IMG/VR virus record: IMGVR_UViG_3300002242_000758
Coordinates: 53,284 to 73,283 of that record
DNA length: 20,000 nt
Strand: one strand, 5' to 3'
DNA from: an uncultured virus (IMG/VR IMGVR_UViG_3300002242_000758)
Taxonomy: Duplodnaviria; Heunggongvirae; Uroviricota; Caudoviricetes
Positions 1 to 8,360 of this stretch are shown here, piece by piece; within the stretch, counting starts at the first letter, position 1, and each line of letters starts with the position of its first letter. The notes under the pieces are model-generated. The model was given only the letters and a program-made list of their open reading frames with translations, did no database searches and had not been told where the DNA came from. The position numbers and the translations under genes were made by a program.

Positions 1-1
1 T

Positions 2-283
2 AGTATGTTTATAACAAAAGCTTGGACTAGTATAACTGAGAATAATGCGATACCTATAAAACTACTAGTATCTGCTAATATTATTTCAGATACCACTATC
101 TCCATATCTATAGGAAGTAACCCTGAGGTAGTCTATAGGTATCCGACGTTCGCTGATAGTAAATATCTGCCACTTATCGTAGATAATAGTGGGTTAACTC
201 AACTCACAGAGGCATACGAGGCTGTAGTTGATACTGCGTTAAACACAAGTAGAGCAGTATCGCATAATCTTTCAACACTATAA
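2..283 (+). CDS. 3' end of a gene truncated by the window edge; probable phiKZ gp68-like nvRNAP promoter-specificity subunit
   Basis: The frame is open from the window start (agt atg ttt...) to TAA at 281-283. The C-terminal ISIGSNPEVVYRYPTFADSKYLPLI resembles my recollection of gp68-family C-termini. Its position upstream of gp69/gp70/gp71-like genes matches phiKZ synteny. Confidence 0.55.
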   Translation, partial: SMFITKAWTSITENNAIPIKLLVSANIISDTTISISIGSNPEVVYRYPTFADSKYLPLIVDNSGLTQLTEAYEAVVDTALNTSRAVSHNLSTL

Positions 284-301
284 TTTTATAAGGAGTTAAA
301 A

Positions 302-1756
302 ATGGATGGCAAAGTAGTTGAAATAGAAAAATTTTATGATGGGATTATGGGGACCCTCGATATTGAAGTTTCTAGTAATGGAGTACTAATGGTTAATATT
401 AATGGAGTTAGTACTCCATTGTTATTAGATGGCCTACCAGTAGTCCTCCCTACAAGAGAGAATATAAAAACTGTTGTAGAGTTGAAAAATGGTAAACCAG
501 AACCGGTTAAATATCTGTTCAACCCTTTAGACGAATCTGCTATTAAGGGTGAGAATAAATCTTTCAATCTCCTAAAGACTATAATAGAGAGAAAGTTTTT
601 AGGTAATATTGCTGGAATAGGTATAATCCTTTTTAGTGTACTATCCAATGCTAAAGCTGAAAATAACAATATGGTCCTAAATAAGTTATTGAGTAAAATT
701 AACAAATATAGGACTCCAGCAGTTAAACAGATGATAGATAAGAAGACAGTAGAGGCTTGGATAGAACTTTATGATAAGATAGCGCAAGAGAATAGTCCTT
801 ATCCTTATATTAAACTGTATATAAAAAGAGGTGGGAAGATAGATAACATTAAGTATAATAGAGTAGGTGTTATTACCTTCCCATTTTTAGAATCTCTAGT
901 GAAGTTTACTACTAAGGATAAGAAATTTTTAGATATTACTCTTAGGAATAAAGATAAAAATGTATTTTTAAGTCTATTCGAATTTTTGTTTGAAGAGGAA
1001 GGAGGTCCTAAAAATCTAGACGATCTTATTAAGGGTATCCAATTTGGGAGCCTTAATAAAGTGGCGCCTAGCACTCATCTTCTCTTCCTCATGTATGATT
1101 ATATTTATAAGCATCTAAAAGATGCGGTTGAGGCATGTAATGAAATTTTGGAATCCATGGATGGAATAGAAATTGATGAAGAGGTAAGGAATATGCTTAG
1201 TCTAAAACCATTACCTTTTGATGTAGCAGTTATTTCAGATATTATAGATTCTCTCAAAGGGGATATAAAACAGATACCTAATATGGATGATACCTCAGCA
1301 TTACATAAAGGGCAGCATGGGGTCGCTAATAAAGAGATAGCTAGCCCTATGGCAGGTATAAAAAATAATCAAATGGCCAGTGCCCAACAGCCGGCCAGCG
1401 CATATCAGCGCTCTAATACTGAAGCCGAACCTAGTAACCCATGGGATAGATTGGCTAAAAAAATGGGAATTAATTCACAGCCAACCACTCCCACGGCCCC
1501 TATGGTAACTCCTACTGTTCCAAATCAGCCATATCCAACTAATATAGCTCCAGGGATAATGCCGCAGCAGCCTTATAGCCCTCCTATGCAGGCACCTGCA
1601 GTTCCTTCTATGGGAGCCCCAACTATGCCTCCTCCCCCACCACCATCTATGAATATGGGAGGTCCTGTTGTGAGGTCAGTTAATCCAGTAGGAGCGTCAA
1701 TGGGCGCACCAACACCATATCCTAATGTTGGTAATGACCCATGGCGTCGTTACTAA
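302..1756 (+). CDS. Conserved jumbo-phage protein, probable phiKZ gp69 (PicA/Imp1 phage-nucleus import factor)-like, with a Pro/Gln/Met-rich disordered C-terminal tail
   Basis: 484-aa ORF with RBS AAGGAG at about 289-294. Identity rests mainly on synteny between gp68-like and gp70-like genes. The low-complexity tail (PPPPPPP, QQP) is seen directly. Confidence 0.5.
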   Translation: MDGKVVEIEKFYDGIMGTLDIEVSSNGVLMVNINGVSTPLLLDGLPVVLPTRENIKTVVELKNGKPEPVKYLFNPLDESAIKGENKSFNLLKTIIERKFLGNIAGIGIILFSVLSNAKAENNNMVLNKLLSKINKYRTPAVKQMIDKKTVEAWIELYDKIAQENSPYPYIKLYIKRGGKIDNIKYNRVGVITFPFLESLVKFTTKDKKFLDITLRNKDKNVFLSLFEFLFEEEGGPKNLDDLIKGIQFGSLNKVAPSTHLLFLMYDYIYKHLKDAVEACNEILESMDGIEIDEEVRNMLSLKPLPFDVAVISDIIDSLKGDIKQIPNMDDTSALHKGQHGVANKEIASPMAGIKNNQMASAQQPASAYQRSNTEAEPSNPWDRLAKKMGINSQPTTPTAPMVTPTVPNQPYPTNIAPGIMPQQPYSPPMQAPAVPSMGAPTMPPPPPPSMNMGGPVVRSVNPVGASMGAPTPYPNVGNDPWRRY

Positions 1757-1778
1757 AATAGTAAGAAAAAAATATTGG

Positions 1779-1814
1779 TGGCCCTTTGGGGCCAGCATAT
1801 ATATTTTATTTTTT
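1779..1814 (+). terminator. Putative intrinsic terminator
   Basis: TGGCCC-TTTG-GGGCCA hairpin at 1779-1794, followed by an AT/T-rich tract, just downstream of the 302..1756 stop. Confidence 0.55.
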
Positions 1815-1832
1815 ATAAAAAAAGGAAGAAAA

Positions 1833-2183
1833 ATGCCTAGCCTAATAGAATTAATGGATGATGACAGCATGGGGCTTAATAGCAAAACTATTCACGATAT
1901 AATCACTATGGCGTCTACAGATATAGTAAAGAATAATTTACAGATAGTTACTATAGATCCTGTAGACGCGATCCGTTATAAAGGTAATATGTTTGGACTT
2001 CTTAAAAATGTTTTAAATATTCCAAATTCGGCACTCTATATTAATATGGTAGTTAATGGCTACCAATCATCATTGGAGTATGATGGAAAATTAAGATTAA
2101 AAATTTTAAATGCAGATACGGCGCAGTATATTGTAAATTTACTTCAAGAATATAAAACCATGGAAAAAGGTATGGGATTATAA
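1833..2183 (+). CDS. Small conserved jumbo-phage protein (phiKZ gp70-like), 116 aa
   Basis: Start reassigned to ATG 1833 (MPSLIEL), which is preceded by AAAGGAAG. The motif AIRYKGNMFGLL..LNIP....YINMVVNGY resembles the gp70 family as I recall it. It lies before the nvRNAP beta gene. Confidence 0.6.
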   Translation: MPSLIELMDDDSMGLNSKTIHDIITMASTDIVKNNLQIVTIDPVDAIRYKGNMFGLLKNVLNIPNSALYINMVVNGYQSSLEYDGKLRLKILNADTAQYIVNLLQEYKTMEKGMGL

Positions 2184-2194
2184 TCCCATACCTT
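2167..2194. terminator. Perfect 28-bp palindrome between convergent genes; likely bidirectional terminator
   Basis: AAGGTATGGGATTA/TAATCCCATACCTT contains the TAA of the plus-strand gene and abuts the minus-strand stop at 2195-2197. Confidence 0.7.
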
Positions 2195-2755
2195 CTATTT
2201 ATGATAAGTATTTTCATGTTTGTCTATAGACTTTTCTAACCTTTCTAAGTCTTTCTTTAAATAGTCTATTTCATGTCTATCTATAGCTTCAATCTCTGTT
2301 TTTATAGATGTTATATTGCTCTCATTGGCATTTATTAAATCTTTTAAAACAGTTATCTTTTCGTTTATGATATCTAATTTTTTTATAACTATCTCGTTTA
2401 TCTTATCTATTTTTCCAGTATAATCTTTAACTATTTCTTCTCGTAAGTCGTTCATTAATTTATTAATATTATTAATTTCTTTAAGTAGATCATTTTCTAG
2501 TTTATGATGCCCATCGACCATTGTTTGCTTTTCGTTAGCTATGTAGTCTATATGTGTGTCTTTTATAGTTTCTATTTCTTCATAAATTTTATCTTTTATT
2601 TTTTTAATATCGTTATCTATCTGTTCTATAAGTTTAGAATTATTTTTAATAAAAATATAATGCGAATTTAAGTTATTCTTAATTTTATAAAATGCTCCTA
2701 ATACTAATGTTAAAGTAGATACTAAATTAAATAATGTTTCTATATCTATTTTCAT
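2195..2755 (-). CDS. Membrane-anchored coiled-coil protein of unknown function (N-terminal TM helix), 186 aa
   Basis: Minus-strand ATG at 2755 with AAAAAGGAG RBS (ctcct at 2761-2765). Hydrophobic LFNLVSTLTLVLGAFY is followed by long K/E/I/L heptad-like helices. It is the only credible minus-strand gene in the window. Confidence 0.7.
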   Translation of the reverse strand: MKIDIETLFNLVSTLTLVLGAFYKIKNNLNSHYIFIKNNSKLIEQIDNDIKKIKDKIYEEIETIKDTHIDYIANEKQTMVDGHHKLENDLLKEINNINKLMNDLREEIVKDYTGKIDKINEIVIKKLDIINEKITVLKDLINANESNITSIKTEIEAIDRHEIDYLKKDLERLEKSIDKHENTYHK

Positions 2756-2820
2756 AATTTCTCCTTTTTTTCTCACTAAATAAAACTTAAAATAATAGAA
2801 TAAGAACTTTAGTAACAATA

Positions 2821-2850
2821 TTTTTTTACATATATATCACTTATATGAGC
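2821..2850 (+). promoter_or_regulatory. Phage promoter motif, copy 1 (phiKZ early-promoter-like)
   Basis: TTTTTTT-ACATATATATC-ACTTATATGA upstream of the nvRNAP beta gene. The same architecture recurs at 8298, 10643 and 18459. Confidence 0.7.
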
Positions 2851-2883
2851 TTAAGTGCTTGAATAAAAATTAAAGGAGGCAAA

Positions 2884-5184
2884 ATGTCTAGAAAACAAGA
2901 AGACATAACTATAAACGAACTCATAGCGGGTATAGAAAATCTTAATGAATTCATAGACAACTTCAAAGAAAAAGATCCGGATATAAGGATTAAGAATGAA
3001 TATTTTTCAGCAGCATCACTTAACCCTTTTATGGATCATAACTCCAGTCCTAGGGGGATCATGTTCTCTAGTCATATGAGCCAACCAGTTGTTATAGAAG
3101 ATCCAGACGTGAACATGGTTCAGTCTGGATTAGAACTAGAGTTTGGCAAGCATACTATAAGTAAATATGTTAAAAAGCCATCAAAGATATTAGGTATGGC
3201 TTATAGATATAACATTATGGGGCGAAAAAATCTTAAGATAGAAACTACTATCATATATCAGGAAGAAGATAGTGGTATAATCGATGCTATAGAGATACCT
3301 AAATATCAAAAATTGCATCCCTATTATGGATTTAAGTATAAAACAGATATGCTAGATAAGATATCCATAGGGGATGTTATTACAGAAGATGATAAACTAG
3401 CAGTGCCACCAACAAATATCAGTAAAACAGATTATGGTTTTGGGAAAGATTTAAAAATGGTACAGATGACTCATCCTTTAGTCGATGAGGATGGATTTAT
3501 CATAAGTGAGTCATGCGCAAAAAAGTTTCAATTCAGCGTGTTCGACACAAGAGTCATAGAGGTGGGAGAAAATAGTTATCTACTAAATTTATATGGCGAT
3601 GAAGATAACTATAAATCCCTCCCTGATGTTGGAGAAGAGATACACGAATCTGGAGTAATAGCAGCTGCTAGGAAATATGATAGTAATTTATCTCCTATGC
3701 TTATGGGTAAAGAAGATGTGAGAAGGTTTAATCCAATCTTTGATTATTGTGTTTATGGTAGGAGGCCTGGTTCTAAAGTTATAGACATCAAAGTCTATAA
3801 GAATTGTAAACTAAGAAAAAGCCTACCTACCGGCACTGATGAAATATGCGAACTCTATCATAAAAGATTGGTAAATTATTATCAACAAATAATCGACATC
3901 TATGAAAACATCAAAAAGTATCATAATAAGCTTTATGGGGAATTAAAAATTGGTAATACTTTACATATCTTGTTAGTAGAAGCCTATGGCATGGTAGAAT
4001 CTGCTAAAGAAAGAACGTTACTAAAGAAAAGGTATAGAAAAGACGATTTGGATCTTTATAGAATAGAAATAACAACTGAAACCAGATTTAGCGCTCTAGA
4101 GGTAGGGCATAAAATTACTGATTGTCATGGCGGTAAAGGCACTATTGTTGCTATTCTCCCAGATGACCAGATGCCTAGAGATAAAGATGGTAATGTTGCT
4201 GATATTATAGCAGATCCAAAATCTACTATTTCTAGGCTTAATATAGGTAGGTTGTATGAAATGTATATTAAGGCATCTATGCTAAGAGTAAACAAAATAG
4301 TGAAAGAGGAGGTATTGAAATATGATAGAGAACTTAATCTAGATAATCTAGATGAAAACCAGATTAGAGAAATATTCTCTATTATATTAAAATTTGTTAA
4401 GATACTCGAAAATGAATATAGTCGGGCTTTAGATAAAGTTTTCCATGAAAATAGGATCGAGGATATGGTCTCTATAATAGAGGAAACATTAAAAGATGGA
4501 ATTAGAGTCTATCTACCTCTAGATAACGAAAAAAGAAAATACGAAATAGTTAATGATATAGTTAGGTCTAGGTTTAGACCTCTTAATGATCAACTATATT
4601 CGGATGCGTCTATGTCTGAAACTACTGTAGATAAAATTATGATAACGCCTATCTATATGTTTGTTTTAAGTAAAATTCCAGATAATACACTAGCTGCTTC
4701 TTCTAGTAAAGTTAACCATTTTGGTCTACCAGTATCTGTTAACAAGTTCGATAAATATAGATATCCACATAAAAACTCCCCTAGTAAATTTTTAGGAGAG
4801 ACTGAGACTAGGATTCTAACCGCATATACGGACCCTGTCTTTGCAGCAGAAATAAGAAACCGCAATGCTAGTATAGAGGCACATAAAGAAGTCTATCACA
4901 ATATATTAACAGCCGATAAACCGACTAATATAGAACAGCTAGTAGATAGAGAAAAGATAGATTATGATAATGATAAAGGTCTGGAAATATTAAAATCTCT
5001 ATGGAATAGTATGGGATTTGATATTGTTTATGTAGAAGACAAACATCCATATTATTATCCAAGAGAAGAAGACGAGCCATCAGAAATAATTAGTTTGGAT
5101 CAAGCTGAAGAATTAGATATAGAGGCTGATAATAAAATACAAGAGCATAAAAATACGGATGATAAAAAAAATAGAAGAAGATAG
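2884..5184 (+). CDS. rpoB: Non-virion multisubunit RNA polymerase beta subunit, C-terminal half (phiKZ gp71-73-like)
   Basis: Beta motifs: LNPFMDHNSSPRGIMFSSHMSQ (cf. [22 protein letters not shown]), EDGFIISES, VGHKITDCHGGKG (cf. GDKMAGRHGNKG), ISRLNIGRLYE (cf. PSRMNIGQ), KFLGETE (cf. RFGEME). RBS AAGGAGG. The true stop may be at 5227 (see findings). Confidence 0.92.
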   Translation: MSRKQEDITINELIAGIENLNEFIDNFKEKDPDIRIKNEYFSAASLNPFMDHNSSPRGIMFSSHMSQPVVIEDPDVNMVQSGLELEFGKHTISKYVKKPSKILGMAYRYNIMGRKNLKIETTIIYQEEDSGIIDAIEIPKYQKLHPYYGFKYKTDMLDKISIGDVITEDDKLAVPPTNISKTDYGFGKDLKMVQMTHPLVDEDGFIISESCAKKFQFSVFDTRVIEVGENSYLLNLYGDEDNYKSLPDVGEEIHESGVIAAARKYDSNLSPMLMGKEDVRRFNPIFDYCVYGRRPGSKVIDIKVYKNCKLRKSLPTGTDEICELYHKRLVNYYQQIIDIYENIKKYHNKLYGELKIGNTLHILLVEAYGMVESAKERTLLKKRYRKDDLDLYRIEITTETRFSALEVGHKITDCHGGKGTIVAILPDDQMPRDKDGNVADIIADPKSTISRLNIGRLYEMYIKASMLRVNKIVKEEVLKYDRELNLDNLDENQIREIFSIILKFVKILENEYSRALDKVFHENRIEDMVSIIEETLKDGIRVYLPLDNEKRKYEIVNDIVRSRFRPLNDQLYSDASMSETTVDKIMITPIYMFVLSKIPDNTLAASSSKVNHFGLPVSVNKFDKYRYPHKNSPSKFLGETETRILTAYTDPVFAAEIRNRNASIEAHKEVYHNILTADKPTNIEQLVDREKIDYDNDKGLEILKSLWNSMGFDIVYVEDKHPYYYPREEDEPSEIISLDQAEELDIEADNKIQEHKNTDDKKNRRR

Positions 5185-5237
5185 TTCAGATAATGATAGC
5201 TGTGATATAGATAGCGAAACAGAATAGGAGGGTAAAC

Positions 5238-7289
5238 ATGGTTAGTATACAAAATCTCTTTAAATTAGATTTAGATCGTATAACCGAGCTTAGATCTAAT
5301 CTTAACCTAAAGTTCGACGATGGTGTTATAGTATATAATGCTAGCTTTAAAAAGATAATATTATTTAGGTATTTATTAGACTTCGTACCTAAATATAATC
5401 TTGCTATAACATCAGATTTATGGATAGACCATTATCTCAAGAATGGTCTATTTACTAATAAAGTATATCTAAGTATATATAGTAAAATATTTAGAAAAGT
5501 TGTAAAGCATGATATAAAAGTAAATAAAAGCAATAAAATTATGCATCAGCTTTTACAGGATATGTATAAAGCTATAACTAAAATAAATTCTAAATTAGTA
5601 TATAAGATACTTAGATACGCTATTTCTACTAATATAACTGATATTTTGGCTATACAGTATAATAGAGAGTTATTAGAAGCTTTAGCGATGTCTAATAAAG
5701 AAAAGACACCGCATGCTGTATCGCATACATATGATATATTAGATAAAATCATTAAAGATAAAAAATATAAAAGTAATCCAATACAACTGTTTTATTCGTC
5801 TGGAATTGTTAGTGTAAGCCAAATAAAACAGTTGCTGGGTAGCAGAGGATTCGTTACTGAGGTTAATAGTAGAGTATTTAGTACCCCTATGACGAATAGT
5901 TTCACTCTAGGATTTAAAAATATAATAGATGCCACCGTTGAATCTAGAGCTGGAGCTAAAGCTCTACTACTTTCAACAGACGCTATAAGGGCTTCTGAAT
6001 ATATGTCTAGGGAACTACAACTAGCTACTATGCCAATTAAGAGTATACATATTGGGGACTGTGGTAAACCTGGCTATAGATCATTCTATGTTAAACCACC
6101 AGAATTCGATGAGGATGGTAAACTCACATATGCTGGAGATCTACCATTCCTTGTTGGCAAAAGATATAAACTATCTAGCCATGATGAAGAAAAAGTTATA
6201 CAGGGCAATGAAAAACACTTAATAGGCAAGTTTATCCTTCTAAGATTTTCTCCTTTATGTGGCCTTGCAGATAAGCATAAAATTTGTACTGCTTGTATAG
6301 GAGAAATAGGAGAGACAATATTTCCACATCAAAATTTAGGCAATCTAGCTACGGTAAACTATACCTCTAGACAGACTCAATCATTATTGAGCGCTAAGCA
6401 TTTATTAAAGTCAGTAGTCGCTTCTGCTGTAGTATTACCATCAGTAACTAAAAAATATCTTTTAGTTAGAAATAGCGGTGATGGGGATGTTAAAGGAAGC
6501 GTGTTCTTTAAAGCTAATGTTATTAATAAAAAGAAAAAGAAAGCGTATATTAAAATTCTCCAAAGAGAGGCATGGGGGTTAGATATAGTCACTAAGGTTA
6601 AAGATGTGTTGTCTCTTAATATCACTAAGATATCTAGACTATCAAAAATATATCTTCTATATAAAGATGGTAATAAAGTAGAAGAGATAGAACTTCCTTT
6701 AAAAGTTGGTAATAGGTGGGCTAGATTATCTTTATATATGCTATCCCATATTATGAAATATGGGTATGAGGTTTTTGATGAAGATTATTATATTATAGAT
6801 CTAAGTAATTTCAATCCTAAATCCCCAATACTAAAGTATGATGAAGTGGAATTTGATTATTCTGCCCTAGGGAAGGAATTTAAGAAATTACTTAAGACTA
6901 GAAAGTATAAATATGTAAGGGTTAATAATACTAAAAAAATAAGATCCGAGTTTACTGTAGATGTTTTAGTGCAAAGAATGTTTGACCTAGTTAATAAAAA
7001 GCTAGGTATTAATATAGCACTACTTGAAGTTATGGCGTATGCATTTACGGCTCAAAACTTGAGTGAACTAAATTATGATCTTGGCCGTAATGCTGCAACT
7101 CATGATGTTATAGGTTTTAAAGAAGCCATCAATTTCAGAAGTATAGGTGGATCATATGGTTGGGACGATCTTTTAAGAAAGGTATTAGACCCAATGAGTT
7201 ATTTAGAAGATAATAAACCAGACCATCCTATGGATGTACGGTTTGCACCTCGAGAGGTAGTGGATAAATATCTTAAGAGTCAACAGTAA
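5238..7289 (+). CDS. rpoC: Non-virion RNA polymerase beta' subunit, C-terminal part (phiKZ gp74-like)
   Basis: Beta' motifs: NPIQLFYSSG, QLLGSRG (cf. QLAGMRG), NSFTLG, bridge-helix-like ESRAGAKAL, DCG, Zn-site PLC...ICTACIG, trigger-loop-like TQSLLSAKH (cf. TQLTMRTFH). There is no NADFDGD, as expected for the split C-half. RBS AGGAGG. Confidence 0.9.
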   Translation: MVSIQNLFKLDLDRITELRSNLNLKFDDGVIVYNASFKKIILFRYLLDFVPKYNLAITSDLWIDHYLKNGLFTNKVYLSIYSKIFRKVVKHDIKVNKSNKIMHQLLQDMYKAITKINSKLVYKILRYAISTNITDILAIQYNRELLEALAMSNKEKTPHAVSHTYDILDKIIKDKKYKSNPIQLFYSSGIVSVSQIKQLLGSRGFVTEVNSRVFSTPMTNSFTLGFKNIIDATVESRAGAKALLLSTDAIRASEYMSRELQLATMPIKSIHIGDCGKPGYRSFYVKPPEFDEDGKLTYAGDLPFLVGKRYKLSSHDEEKVIQGNEKHLIGKFILLRFSPLCGLADKHKICTACIGEIGETIFPHQNLGNLATVNYTSRQTQSLLSAKHLLKSVVASAVVLPSVTKKYLLVRNSGDGDVKGSVFFKANVINKKKKKAYIKILQREAWGLDIVTKVKDVLSLNITKISRLSKIYLLYKDGNKVEEIELPLKVGNRWARLSLYMLSHIMKYGYEVFDEDYYIIDLSNFNPKSPILKYDEVEFDYSALGKEFKKLLKTRKYKYVRVNNTKKIRSEFTVDVLVQRMFDLVNKKLGINIALLEVMAYAFTAQNLSELNYDLGRNAATHDVIGFKEAINFRSIGGSYGWDDLLRKVLDPMSYLEDNKPDHPMDVRFAPREVVDKYLKSQQ

Positions 7290-7320
7290 GGATTTCCTTA
7301 CTGTTACTGTTTCTTTTTTT
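7282..7320 (+). terminator. Putative terminator overlapping the beta' stop codon
   Basis: AACAGTAAGGA-TT-TCCTTACTGTT (11-bp arms), then ACTGTTTCTTTTTTT. Confidence 0.7.
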
Positions 7321-7354
7321 CGTTACATTGAAATTAAAATAGTAAAGGCATCCC

Positions 7355-7744
7355 ATGAATAAACCAAGAGATCAAGAAACAGAATTTGAGCGACTTGAAG
7401 ATAGCATTTTGAATTATAGACGGGTCTTATTTATCGCTCTTTCATTTATATTAGGTTCTATGACTACTTTTATTGCAACACTGGTGTGGATTAATTTTTC
7501 TTCGTTTAATATTAGGCATATTTTATTTTTGATGGGAACAGTAGTAACTCTGTTATTGGTTAAAGTGGTGTACTGCATATATCGGCAAGAAAAAATGCTG
7601 GCTTATATAAATAAATATAATACCTCCACGGGTACTGATAAAATAAAATATTTTTTTAAAATATTATTTCAAATAACCTTTTCGTTTCCTAAATATAAAA
7701 ATACAGTTTTTGATCATGAAAAATTTAATAATAAAAAGGATTGA
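7355..7744 (+). CDS. Hypothetical two-TM membrane protein
   Basis: 129 aa with two hydrophobic segments (VLFIALSFILGSMTTFIATLVWI; ILFLMGTVVTLLLVKVVYCI). Confidence 0.7.
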   Translation: MNKPRDQETEFERLEDSILNYRRVLFIALSFILGSMTTFIATLVWINFSSFNIRHILFLMGTVVTLLLVKVVYCIYRQEKMLAYINKYNTSTGTDKIKYFFKILFQITFSFPKYKNTVFDHEKFNNKKD

Positions 7745-7745
7745 T

Positions 7746-8219
7746 ATGAGTATATTAGAAAGGACTATTTATAAACATATAGAAAAACATGGAATGCGGG
7801 ATGCAACATCGTTATTTACTTTTATTAAATATGATGTTAAAAAAATTATGATTAAAGCAGTTGTAACACTATTTTTAATATATTCATTACTCCTTATATG
7901 GTATACGTTCTTTAGTTTTCGAGAATATTTTAATATGACTATTATTACGACGGCTTTAATACTATTTGAAACATATTTTATACTGCGTAAACTTTTTTTA
8001 GCATATAATGTTTTTAAATTAACAAATAAATATGAGGAGGAAATACATAAAATATTATCTAATAAATTATTAGCTCCAGAAAATAAAAAAGCCTTGCTTA
8101 TAAGGCAGATCAAAAATTTTTGTTATAATCTTTCTAAAAAAATAGAGGTCAGACCTATAGTTGTAATTAACACAATTTTGGCAAAAAATACTCGTGATTT
8201 AAATATACTACTCTCATAA
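7746..8219 (+). CDS. Hypothetical two-TM membrane protein, 157 aa
   Basis: Start reassigned to ATG 7746 after AAAAAGGA, 1 nt after the upstream TGA. Two hydrophobic segments (AVVTLFLIYSLLLIWYTFF; IITTALILFETYFIL). Confidence 0.7.
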   Translation: MSILERTIYKHIEKHGMRDATSLFTFIKYDVKKIMIKAVVTLFLIYSLLLIWYTFFSFREYFNMTIITTALILFETYFILRKLFLAYNVFKLTNKYEEEIHKILSNKLLAPENKKALLIRQIKNFCYNLSKKIEVRPIVVINTILAKNTRDLNILLS

Positions 8220-8250
8220 TAGAGAGTAGTATAGATTTAGATATTTTTTT
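8204..8250 (+). terminator. Putative terminator overlapping a stop codon
   Basis: TATACTACTCTC-ATAATA-GAGAGTAGTATA (12-bp arms, TAA in the loop), with the T-tract at about 8244-8250. Confidence 0.65.
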
Positions 8251-8297
8251 AGTTTAGATTATTTTAAAAAGATTTTATATAAGCTTTTTTTCATTAA

Positions 8298-8326
8298 TTT
8301 TTTATGCATATATTACTTATATGAAG
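8298..8326 (+). promoter_or_regulatory. Phage promoter motif, copy 2
   Basis: TTTTTT-ATGCATATATT-ACTTATATGA contains TATATTAC, the reported phiKZ early promoter core. It lies upstream of the SF2 helicase. Confidence 0.72.
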
Positions 8327-8360
8327 GCTTGATCGTAATTAAAAAGATAAGGGAGGATAT

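Noticed and set aside
1725..1832. Longer N-terminus for the gp70-like ORF (and the similar extended starts at 2818, 7710, 13108 and 18515)
   Set aside because: The extensions overlap upstream genes, terminators or intergenic sequence. In each case a downstream ATG has a clear AAGGA(G) RBS.
2923..2937. AGIE near the RNAP beta N-terminus as a prohead-protease site
   Set aside because: It is a single occurrence in a presumed non-virion subunit and is easily explained by chance.
2884..7289. Cellular rpoB-rpoC operon
   Set aside because: Both genes are half-length and highly divergent, the beta' part lacks NADFDGD, and the neighbours are phage capsid and helicase genes rather than ribosomal protein genes.
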